Origin: a bacterium
Lineage (GTDB): Bacteria > UBA8248 > JACPRG01 > G963555815
Direction of reading: 5' to 3'
Assembly: GCA_965218795.1 (NCBI GenBank)
Contig: OZ244653.1
Span: 1,088,001 to 1,152,000 of the forward strand
DNA: 64,000 nucleotides
Numbering within the stretch: the stretch's first letter is position 1; the number at the start of each line of letters is the position of its first letter. Of the stretch, positions 41,456 to 49,797 are shown in pieces. The translations under genes were made by a program, and so were the position numbers. The notes beneath the pieces were generated by a model. That model was not told where the DNA came from. It saw only the letters and a list, made by a program, of their open reading frames with translations, and did not search any database.

Positions 41456-42169
41456 TTATGACGGCTCCGAGTCCGGCTCTCCCGCAAACGCCGGTAGAAG
41501 CATGTACCCCTCTTTCGGAACGTCGATCACCGGAGCAAGCCCCTGGACCCGTTTCAATCGCTGGATCGTATGAAGGTGCAACAGGCACTCGAAATACATC
41601 TGCCTGATCATTCCGACAAGATTGATGCGGAATCGGTTCGGGTTTCCGGGGACAAAACGGATGTCCGGGTTGATCGAGTCGGCCGCGCGCCAGAACGCCA
41701 TCACCGAATCTCCCGAAGGATATCGCGCATCGGCCTCGACGACACGGTCGAGCTCCTTTTCGCGCATCTGCTCCGGCGTCTCTCGTTTCAGTATCAACAG
41801 GATGAGGTCCACGCCTTCCTGCAATCGGAACAGAAGCCGCTCAACCGACCCCTGGGTTTCCTCATCGAATCGACGATCGAGCTTCCCGCAGGCTTCTGCG
41901 TCGAAATCCGGCATCCGGTCATCCGGGCCGAAAACCTGCGGAGCCCATTGATTGACCAGCCAATGGAAATGGACGTATGCGGCGTGACTGAGCTGGCGCC
42001 GGATACTCCACTTCATCCAGTCCACCTGCTCATTTTCGAAGTCCAGCCGGGCGTCCGAGAGACCTTCCACCTCGCGGGCGTACCATTCGGGGATTCGTGG
42101 ATAGTTTGGAAAGAGCAATGTGGCGCGTCCCTCGCCGTTCAAAAAATGGTCCTCCGCGAACCCATGCAA
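41456..42169 (-). CDS. DinB-like protein
   Basis: WSIRRQLSH and C-terminal HLHTIQRLK pattern; ORF open to 42262, TTG at 42169 chosen. Confidence 0.6.
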   Translation of the reverse strand: MHGFAEDHFLNGEGRATLLFPNYPRIPEWYAREVEGLSDARLDFENEQVDWMKWSIRRQLSHAAYVHFHWLVNQWAPQVFGPDDRMPDFDAEACGKLDRRFDEETQGSVERLLFRLQEGVDLILLILKRETPEQMREKELDRVVEADARYPSGDSVMAFWRAADSINPDIRFVPGNPNRFRINLVGMIRQMYFECLLHLHTIQRLKRVQGLAPVIDVPKEGYMLLPAFAGEPDSEPS

Positions 42170-42174
42170 CGTTG

Positions 42175-42897
42175 TCAGGCGCGGCGGGCCTCGGGATGAA
42201 TCAGTCGCCGATAGGCCTCCGCGATGGGGATCTTCTCGGGCTCCCCTATCCGGCTCCCCCACTCCCTCATCCTTTCCTCGAGATCGTCCGTCGAGGAAAC
42301 CTGGCTCGCATGACAGCGGAGGGCCTTCATCTTGATATCGAACGTCTCCGAGATATCCACGTAGTAATCCGGCGTGGCCGGGACGCCAAACAGCGCCTCT
42401 TGGATGGTATGAGGCTGGAAGTTCGATTCCATGAGCTCGGGGAAATAGAACGGATTTCCGGCCGCGGGATAGATGGAGTCGAATGCCGCTTCGGCCAGCG
42501 CCCGATGGTCAGGGTGGGACCCGTAAAAGTTGTCGAAGTTTCCCGAAGCGGGATCGGTTGTGGCCACGACATCGGGTTTGAAATCGCGGATATCGGCCAC
42601 AATCCCCCGCCTGAGCTCTCCGTGGTTCTCCAATTCCCCGTCCGGCATCCGGAGGAAGGTGATCCGTTCCACGCCCAATACACTGCCGGCGGCCCGCTGT
42701 TCCTCTTCCCGAATTCTGATCCGGTCCTCGAAAGGCAAATTTTCCGAAAAGCCCTTTTCCCCGCTCGTCGCAATGCAGTAGGCCACCGTCATCCCGGCTT
42801 GCGTCCAGGCCGCGACCGATCCGGCCATCAGGAATTCGATGTCATCGGGATGGGCCGCAATGATCAGAATCCGATCGTAATCGAATCCGTTTTCCAC
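42175..42897 (-). CDS. PIG-L/LmbE family deacetylase
   Basis: AAHPDD, TSGEKG, HPDH, KMKALRCHASQ. Confidence 0.93.
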   Translation of the reverse strand: MENGFDYDRILIIAAHPDDIEFLMAGSVAAWTQAGMTVAYCIATSGEKGFSENLPFEDRIRIREEEQRAAGSVLGVERITFLRMPDGELENHGELRRGIVADIRDFKPDVVATTDPASGNFDNFYGSHPDHRALAEAAFDSIYPAAGNPFYFPELMESNFQPHTIQEALFGVPATPDYYVDISETFDIKMKALRCHASQVSSTDDLEERMREWGSRIGEPEKIPIAEAYRRLIHPEARRA

Positions 42898-43011
42898 TTC
42901 ACACGCACTCCTTCAAGACAGCGCTCGGGTCCGCCTTCAACCGGTCGAGTCCGAATTCGGGGGCTGCAAAGGGCTCGCCGCCCCCCTGAAGCTCCTCCTT
43001 TGATCGACCCC

Positions 43012-43536
43012 CTACGGCCGGTCATCCGGACGATGGAAAGACACCGCGTCGTCCATATGTGGGCCGACCTTCTCCTCATGCAACGGGAATTCCATCTGAA
43101 GTTTCAAAAGGGAGCGCTGGATGCGCCTCGATACCCATCCGGAGATCCATATCCGATCCAGCCAATCCCCCAAGGCGCCGCTTCCGAGAGAGAAATCCAC
43201 GGTCAGTGAGAGTTCCGTCCCAGCCGCCATTCGCTCCAATCGGATCTCTTCTGCAATCCGAAGCCCTCGGGGCCCGTCCAGGAGAAGAAGGCTGCGCTCC
43301 AAAGGAACACGCTCCGCCCAGATTCCCGTGACCTCGACGGAAACCGGGCCGACTCGCAGGCCTTCGCGGACCTGTGGACCCGTCTGAGCGTCCGGTTTCG
43401 GATTCTCCTTCTTCGGTTCGCGGAGGGCGATCCATAAACCCGTAATGGACCCGCCCGAAAGTCGGTCCCAAAGCCTGGCAGGATCCGCTCCCACGGTCTG
43501 GCGGAAGGTCAGGCGAGACAATTCACCATCCTCCAT
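43012..43536 (-). CDS. Hypothetical protein (possible SRPBCC fold)
   Basis: ADPARLWDRL...GTELSLTVDF...LG.WLD...SLLKL pattern; co-oriented with the downstream operon. Confidence 0.5.
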   Translation of the reverse strand: MEDGELSRLTFRQTVGADPARLWDRLSGGSITGLWIALREPKKENPKPDAQTGPQVREGLRVGPVSVEVTGIWAERVPLERSLLLLDGPRGLRIAEEIRLERMAAGTELSLTVDFSLGSGALGDWLDRIWISGWVSRRIQRSLLKLQMEFPLHEEKVGPHMDDAVSFHRPDDRP

Positions 43537-43859
43537 AAATTTCCGTCCCTCGGAACACCGCCGCGCTGCCTTCGCCGGCCGGTTCCGGACATGGCGCCTT
43601 CCCGAACTCCCGCAGGCTCTCCTCACCAGATTATGGCGGCGGGAACCCGAATGCAATTGACCGGGACAAACCGGATTCGAGTAAGATGGCCGCGGAACGG
43701 GGCATTTTTCTCAAGAACAAACTGATTCATTCGGCCGGGCGCTGAAGGACGGGGGCCATCCCCTTCCTGGAGCCAATCGACGAACCCTTCTCTTCCCGAG
43801 ATGTCGTCCCTTGTTTCGGGAGGGCGTGAGCAATCAGAAAATCGGGCGCGGTTCTTCTG

Positions 43860-44663
43860 GTGTGCGTATCCATGATGCTGACGGGATGTCGGGAGGTCAT
43901 CGAGCGTTTTTTCATCTATTTTCCCTCTCGGGAAATTTTCCTGACACCGGAAACGCACAATGTCCCGTTCGAAGATGTGGAATTCACGGCCGGGGACGGC
44001 GTAAAACTTCACGGTTGGTTCATCCCCGCGGGAAAGGAAGGCAGCGGCGCCCCCCCGACGCTCGTATGGTTTCACGGCAACGGCGGAAACCTGAGTCACA
44101 GAGTGACCAACATCGCCCTCCTCCGGCACCATGTCAGGACAAACATCTTTATCTTTGACTACCGGGGCTACGGCCGGAGCGAAGGGGTTCCCTCGGAATC
44201 GGGAATCTATCGCGACGGCGAGGCGGCGGTCCGTTACCTGTTGACCCGAACCGACGTCGACTCCGGGCGGCTGGTCTATTTCGGACGATCCCTGGGCGCC
44301 TCGGTCGCCCTGCAGGAGGCGCTCCGACACCCGCCGGCCGGGGTCATCCTGGAATCGCCGTTCATCTCAATCGCGGCCATGGCGCGGAAGCTTTACGGAC
44401 TGCCCCTCGGCAGGTTTCTTCTCACCCGGTACGACAACGAATCCAAGATCCGGCGGCTCGGTCTTCCCCTCCTGATTCTCCACGGCGATCGGGATCAGAT
44501 CGTGCCCCTGAAGATGGGCCGGGCCCTGTTCGATATGGCCAACGAGCCGAAAGACTTCTACGTGGTCAAGGGAGCCGGTCACAACGACATCGACATCACG
44601 GGCGGGGAGACCTACTTCAGACGTCTGGAGTCCTTTATCCTGGACCTCTTCGGACAAGAGTAA
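43860..44663 (+). CDS. Alpha/beta hydrolase (Bem46/ABHD13-like)
   Basis: FHGNGGN, DYRGYGRSEG, GRSLG, HGDRD, GAGHND. Confidence 0.92.
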   Translation: MCVSMMLTGCREVIERFFIYFPSREIFLTPETHNVPFEDVEFTAGDGVKLHGWFIPAGKEGSGAPPTLVWFHGNGGNLSHRVTNIALLRHHVRTNIFIFDYRGYGRSEGVPSESGIYRDGEAAVRYLLTRTDVDSGRLVYFGRSLGASVALQEALRHPPAGVILESPFISIAAMARKLYGLPLGRFLLTRYDNESKIRRLGLPLLILHGDRDQIVPLKMGRALFDMANEPKDFYVVKGAGHNDIDITGGETYFRRLESFILDLFGQE

Positions 44664-44779
44664 GGTCGGAATTCCGGCGCTGTCTTTCGTGACCCCTTTT
44701 TGACAGGGGCCGGTGACTGTCTACGCCTGGCCCGTTCTTCATCATTGAGACGGCGAATCCGGTATACCGGCGGACATCC

Positions 44780-45697
44780 CTACCCGAAGGCCGACACCAA
44801 AGGACTCAGGGCCACCGCCAACAACAGGCCAAAGCGTAGATGCAACGACGCCGCACTGCGGAGGGCCTGGTGCAGAACCGCGCGTTCACGTCCTCCGTAA
44901 ACCTTCTTGGCCGTCACCATGCCTTGAGGGAACACCAGAAACGGAGCGAGCCACGCCCACGAACCCGTGCCGCCGAGGACCATCACCGCAAGACTCCCAA
45001 ACGCGAGCATGAGTAACCCGCAGAAGACGTATGAGGCCGCGCGATGGCCCCAAACCGTCGCAATGCTCGCCTTGCCGTTCTGCCTGTCCTCGTCCACGTC
45101 GCGGAGGTTGTTCAAAACGAGAATCGCCGTCACCAGGCAGCCAATCGGCACCGACAGCCACACGACCAGCCAGTTCAGATCGTGCGAATAGACATAGAAG
45201 GTGGACATCACCATGATGGGCCCCATAAAGACGAAAACCAACGGTTCCCCCAACCCCAATGCGCCCAGAGACCTCGGTCCGGCGCTGTACCCATAGGCCA
45301 CCGCCGCACTGGCCAAACAGACAAGGGCAAGGGGCCATCCCGTGCGCGCCACCAGATAAGCACCGAGGATCGTCGCCAAGCCAAAACAGACCGCGGCGCC
45401 ACGGCGGACGCCACGCGGCGTCAGGTCGCCCCGGGCAATCACCTTGTAGGGGGCCGGCACCTTGCCGGCGGCCTGTCCCAGGGCATGGTCCGCGTATTCA
45501 TCGACCAGGTTGGCGCCGCTCTGCACCAACACTGAACCCAGAAGCATGAGGAGGAACAGCCATCCGTCGAAGACCCCGTATCGGCTCGCCAGCGCGCTTC
45601 CCACGACAACCGGCACCACCGATGCGCTCAAGGAAAAGGGACGAATGGCCCGATACCAGATCTCTATCTTGCGCCACATCTTCATCCACCTATTCAT
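44780..45697 (-). CDS. menA: 1,4-dihydroxy-2-naphthoate prenyltransferase (UbiA family)
   Basis: RPFSLSAS, NLVDEYAD, YSAGP...GLGE, NNLRDVDEDRQNGK. Confidence 0.85.
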   Translation of the reverse strand: MNRWMKMWRKIEIWYRAIRPFSLSASVVPVVVGSALASRYGVFDGWLFLLMLLGSVLVQSGANLVDEYADHALGQAAGKVPAPYKVIARGDLTPRGVRRGAAVCFGLATILGAYLVARTGWPLALVCLASAAVAYGYSAGPRSLGALGLGEPLVFVFMGPIMVMSTFYVYSHDLNWLVVWLSVPIGCLVTAILVLNNLRDVDEDRQNGKASIATVWGHRAASYVFCGLLMLAFGSLAVMVLGGTGSWAWLAPFLVFPQGMVTAKKVYGGRERAVLHQALRSAASLHLRFGLLLAVALSPLVSAFG

Positions 45698-45722
45698 TCG
45701 GTTGCGATTGAGCTGACAGGAC

Positions 45723-46088
45723 TTAGGAGGGCGGGGCGGGGTGAGCCTTCAAGGGCGGAGAATAGACGATGATAAACCGTGTCACGGGATCGCCCGTCGC
45801 CTCGATCCGATGCGGCATGTCGACCGGAAAGAAGATGACACCCCCCTCGCCGATCTCCTTGGACTGACCGTTGATTTCGATCAGCGCGCTTCCCTCCAGC
45901 AGATACATCCCCTGCTCCAAGTCGGGGTGAGAGTGGCGGTGGGCCACCGCCCCTTTCTTCAGCACGCCGAGAACCAGGTGGAAATTCTCGGCCCGGCCGA
46001 TCAGCCTGCGGTTCACGGTGCCGCTGTGACCGGCGGGCTCATAGGTCGGTACATCATCCTGATGGTAAACGAAATCATCGATGTTCAT
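45723..46088 (-). CDS. Cupin domain protein
   Basis: HSHPDLEQGMY...G and FP.DMPH motifs. Confidence 0.9.
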   Translation of the reverse strand: MNIDDFVYHQDDVPTYEPAGHSGTVNRRLIGRAENFHLVLGVLKKGAVAHRHSHPDLEQGMYLLEGSALIEINGQSKEIGEGGVIFFPVDMPHRIEATGDPVTRFIIVYSPPLKAHPAPPS

Positions 46089-46239
46089 CGAGGTCTCATC
46101 CCTTGAAGTCCTCCCGCTACTCCGAACGACCCGTTGATCCGATTGCCCTATAATAACCTACTCTATTGGATTCATTTCGATTGGACCGAGCGGTTTCTCT
46201 GGCACCGCACGCCCGTCTCAGCGCAAGGAGAGGCCCCGC

Positions 46240-47025
46240 ATGGCGGAAGAGCGAGTCATCGAAATCATCGTCGAAGACCACATCGCCCGCGTCCTGTTGA
46301 ATCGCCCGGCGGCATTGAACGCCATCAATTGGGCGTTCATCCGCCAGATGGACACCGCCATGGAAGATCTGGCCGGCAACCACGATATCCGGGTGGTTTA
46401 CTTCGAAGGCTCGGGTGAGAGGGCCTTCTCGGCCGGGGCGGACCTGAAAGAACGAAAAAACATGCCTATGGCCGACGTCGCCCAACTTCGGAAAGAGATG
46501 ATCGCCATGTTTCGCAAGATCACGGACTTCCCGAAGCCGACGATCGCCGCCGTGCGGGGCTATGCCCTGGGCGGAGGATTCGAGCTGTGCCTGGCATGCG
46601 ACATCATCGTCGCCGACGAAACCGCCGTCTTCGGGCTGACCGAGACGAGCCTCGGGATCATGCCCGGTGCGGGCGGAACGCAGGCGCTTCCCCGCCGTAT
46701 CGGCGTCAGTCGGGCAAAAGAGCTCATTTTCACCGCCAGGCGGGTCGAGATCCGGGAGGCCGAGCGGCTCGGCATCCCCAACCAAGTCGTCCCCCCGGGC
46801 GAAGCCGGCAACGCCGCAAGAGAGTTGGCCGAAAAGATCGCGGCGAACGCGCCCGTCTCTGTGTGTCAGGCCAAAGCCGCGATTGACGGCGGCGTGGGCA
46901 AGCCGCCGTCCGAGGGCTGGGCCATCGAGGAAGCGGCGTACAACGTGACTCTGGAGACGGAAGACCGGAACGAAGCGCTCCGCGCGTTTGCCGAAAAGAG
47001 ACCTCCGAAATTTCAGGGTCGATAA
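46240..47025 (+). CDS. Enoyl-CoA hydratase/isomerase
   Basis: LNRP..LNA, AFSAGADLKE, ALGGGFEL, GLTE..LGIMPGAGG, F.EKRPP.F.G. Confidence 0.94.
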   Translation: MAEERVIEIIVEDHIARVLLNRPAALNAINWAFIRQMDTAMEDLAGNHDIRVVYFEGSGERAFSAGADLKERKNMPMADVAQLRKEMIAMFRKITDFPKPTIAAVRGYALGGGFELCLACDIIVADETAVFGLTETSLGIMPGAGGTQALPRRIGVSRAKELIFTARRVEIREAERLGIPNQVVPPGEAGNAARELAEKIAANAPVSVCQAKAAIDGGVGKPPSEGWAIEEAAYNVTLETEDRNEALRAFAEKRPPKFQGR

Positions 47026-47104
47026 CCCTCCGCGCCGGCCGGAGCGGGCCGGTTGTCGGGCCTTCGGATTGATTCGCACCCACCTCCGCTTCCGGGAAAG
47101 GTCA

Positions 47105-47965
47105 ATGGTTTCCGCAATCCTCGGGTTGACGGTGGGCTTTTGCTATGCCCTGTCTCATTTCATGGTCCGGCTCGGCCTCGACCGATCCAATCCGGATTCC
47201 GCGGTTGCCGTTTCCATCGGCGTCAACGCCGTCTTCCTGTGGGTGTTGGCGATTGCCTTCTCTCCTATCCGCCCGGTTCTATCCTGGACGGCCTGGCCTT
47301 TTGTCCTGGCGGGTCTGTTTGCCCCGACCTTTGCGCGAATGCTTCTGTACCGGGGCGTGGACCGAATCGGATTGGCTCGGTCCGCCGCGCTGCTGGGGGC
47401 GGCGCCGCTTTTCGCCGTCATGCTCGCCGTACCCATTCTCGGTGAACGTCCTTCGATCATGACCATCATGGGAACGTTTGCCATTGTCATCGGGGTATTC
47501 GTGTTGAACTTCTCGCGGGCCCCCCGGGGCGAATGGACATGGTGGGTCACCTGTTTGCCCCTTGGGGCGGCCCTGTGCTTCGGCCTCCGCGATTTTCTGA
47601 CAAAGAAGGGCTTGGGGAGTCTGCCGATTCCCTTGTCGGCGGCGGCGGTGACCGCTACGACATCCCTGTTCGTCTTCTTGGCATCCTCCCTGCTCTCAAA
47701 ACACCGAGAGCGTCTGGTCTTGCCGAAAAGAAGCTTCTGGTTGTTCTTGGGATCCGGAATGTTTCTCATGTTTTCCTATATCTGTTCCTTCTTCGCGCTG
47801 TGATCGGGACTGGTGAGCCAGGTGTCTCCTCTCATGAGCGTCAGTCCGCTGTTCTCCGTCATCCTGAGCTATCTCTTCCTCCAGTCCGAGGAGAAGGTGA
47901 CCGGGATGGTCGCCTGCGGCGCCGTGCTCGTTGTGGCCGGGGCGCTGAGCATTACACTCGGGTGA
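47105..47965 (+). pseudogene. EamA/DMT transporter with an internal TGA
   Basis: TGA at 47801-47803; frame continues SGLVSQVSPL...LQSEEKVT...ITLG* to 47965, completing the second EamA repeat. Confidence 0.85.
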
Positions 47966-48062
47966 ATCGGACAACGGATTCCGGCGTATAATGAGGAGAA
48001 TCCGGGGACCCCGGTGAGAAACAATGTCCGTTTCTCCTCCCCTCTCTCACAGGTCAGGGAAA

Positions 48063-49310
48063 ATGATCGACCGTCTGGAAGAGATTCAGGAAGTCCCTAC
48101 CCAGCTTTTCGACGTCTACACGGACACGCGGGAAATCCTCGCTCACGCCAAGCGCCAGGCCGGGGAACGGAAGTACCACGAATTTCCCATCTTCGACGTG
48201 GACTCCCACGTCATCGAGGCCTCGCGCTGGCATGAAGTGGCCCCGTTCATCGAAGACCCGGTCCTCCGCGACAACGCCCTCGATTTCTGCAAGAACAAGG
48301 CCGGGGCGCCGCCCTACGGCCTGAACGTCAGCCCCGGCATGCTCTACCAGGACGTGGGGGGGCGCATCGTCCAGGACCTTGACCGGCGTGAGACCGTCGA
48401 TGAATCGGAGGGGCACCGGGACGTCGCGCTCATCCGGCGCGCCATGGCCAGCATCGGCCTGGACTACATGGTGGTCTTCCCGACCTCCCTCCTGCACATG
48501 GGCATGCACCCCCAATTCGACATGGAAATCGTCATGTCCCGGGCGTTCAATCGTTGGATGGTGGAAACCATTCTCAAAGCCGAGCCGCGCATCAAGACGC
48601 GGCTCTACCTCCCGTTCAGCAACCCCGAGGCCTCCCTGCGGATGGTCGAAGAGTTCGCGGAGGAGCCGGGCGTGATCGGATTCATGATTGTCAGCGTGAG
48701 GCAGAACCCCGTCCAGGCAAACGAAAACATGAAACTCTACGCCGCCCTTCAGGAAAGGGGCCTCCCCCTGGCGTTTCACAGCGCTTACTATTGGCAAGAC
48801 CAAATCATGAGCCAGTTCAATCGTTTCCTCGGCATGCACTCCGTCGGTTTCGTGCTGTGGAACCTCGTCCACCTGGTCAATTGGGTCACCCACGGGATCC
48901 CCGAGCGGTTTCCGGGCCTGAAGGTCATCTGGATCGAGAGCGACCTGGCCTGGATTCCATTCATCATGCAGCGCCTCGACAACGAATACATGTTGCGCAG
49001 CTCGGAAGCTCCCGCACTGAAACGTCTGCCGAGCGAATACATCCGCGAGATGTTCTTCAGCTCCCAACCCCTGGAGCGGCAGAACATGGAGGGCCTGGAG
49101 TTCACCTTCAAGATGATCGACGCCGAGACGCAGCTCCTGTATGCTTCGGACTGGCCTCATCAGGATTTCGACCTGCCCAGCACGATTTACGACCTGCCAT
49201 TCCTGAACGAAAAGGCGAAGCGGAACATTCTGGGCGAGAACGCCCTGAGGCTCTTCAACCTGGAACCACCGGCCGGAAATGGGGCAGCGCATTCGAACTC
49301 TCCGACGTGA
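48063..49310 (+). CDS. Amidohydrolase_2-fold protein (PtmU3-like dinuclear site)
   Basis: DVDSHVIE, AFHS, WIES, ASDWPHQD. Confidence 0.85.
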   Translation: MIDRLEEIQEVPTQLFDVYTDTREILAHAKRQAGERKYHEFPIFDVDSHVIEASRWHEVAPFIEDPVLRDNALDFCKNKAGAPPYGLNVSPGMLYQDVGGRIVQDLDRRETVDESEGHRDVALIRRAMASIGLDYMVVFPTSLLHMGMHPQFDMEIVMSRAFNRWMVETILKAEPRIKTRLYLPFSNPEASLRMVEEFAEEPGVIGFMIVSVRQNPVQANENMKLYAALQERGLPLAFHSAYYWQDQIMSQFNRFLGMHSVGFVLWNLVHLVNWVTHGIPERFPGLKVIWIESDLAWIPFIMQRLDNEYMLRSSEAPALKRLPSEYIREMFFSSQPLERQNMEGLEFTFKMIDAETQLLYASDWPHQDFDLPSTIYDLPFLNEKAKRNILGENALRLFNLEPPAGNGAAHSNSPT

Positions 49311-49364
49311 CTCGAAACGCCGACAGGTTCCAACCATCAGGAAATCCTTCTGAGGAGTTTTCAA

Positions 49365-49730
49365 GTGGCCGAAGTATTCGTGGGGAACGAATCCGAGTTC
49401 GAGGAAAGCGGACGACGGGTGATCGACGTCGACGGCCTGGAGATTGGGGTGTTTCGCGTCAAGGGCAACTTTTACGCTTACGAAAGCGAATGCGCCCATC
49501 AGGGAGGGCCGGTTTGCCAGGGGAGGATTTATCAGCGCGTCGAAGAGGACCTGACCCCGGACGGCGCGAGCGCGGGCTTCAGGTATTCAGAAGATCGGCT
49601 TCATATTGTATGCCCATGGCACGGCTATGAGTACGATCTCGAAACGGGCGTCTTTCCCGCCAACCCCAAGGTGCGCCTTCGAAAATTCGAGGTGACCGTC
49701 CGCGACGGCGAAGTGTTCGTGTCAGTGTAG
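49365..49730 (+). CDS. Rieske [2Fe-2S] ferredoxin
   Basis: CAHQGGP and CPWHG motifs. Confidence 0.93.
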   Translation: MAEVFVGNESEFEESGRRVIDVDGLEIGVFRVKGNFYAYESECAHQGGPVCQGRIYQRVEEDLTPDGASAGFRYSEDRLHIVCPWHGYEYDLETGVFPANPKVRLRKFEVTVRDGEVFVSV

Positions 49731-49755
49731 CGTCCCGCCCTGTCCAGCCGGAGAT

Positions 49756-49772
49756 GTCATTCCGAGCGCAGG
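49756..49772 (+). repeat. REP-like half element between convergent genes
   Basis: gtcattccgagcgcagg, identical to the reverse complement of 5912-5928. Confidence 0.55.
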
Positions 49773-49797
49773 GGAAGGCCCTTCTCTCAATGATTGA

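Noticed and set aside
47801-47803. In-frame TGA in the EamA gene as selenocysteine or recoding
   Set aside because: The position is a non-catalytic loop of a transporter, no SECIS-like hairpin is evident and TGA is a normal stop elsewhere in the window; a nonsense mutation is simpler.
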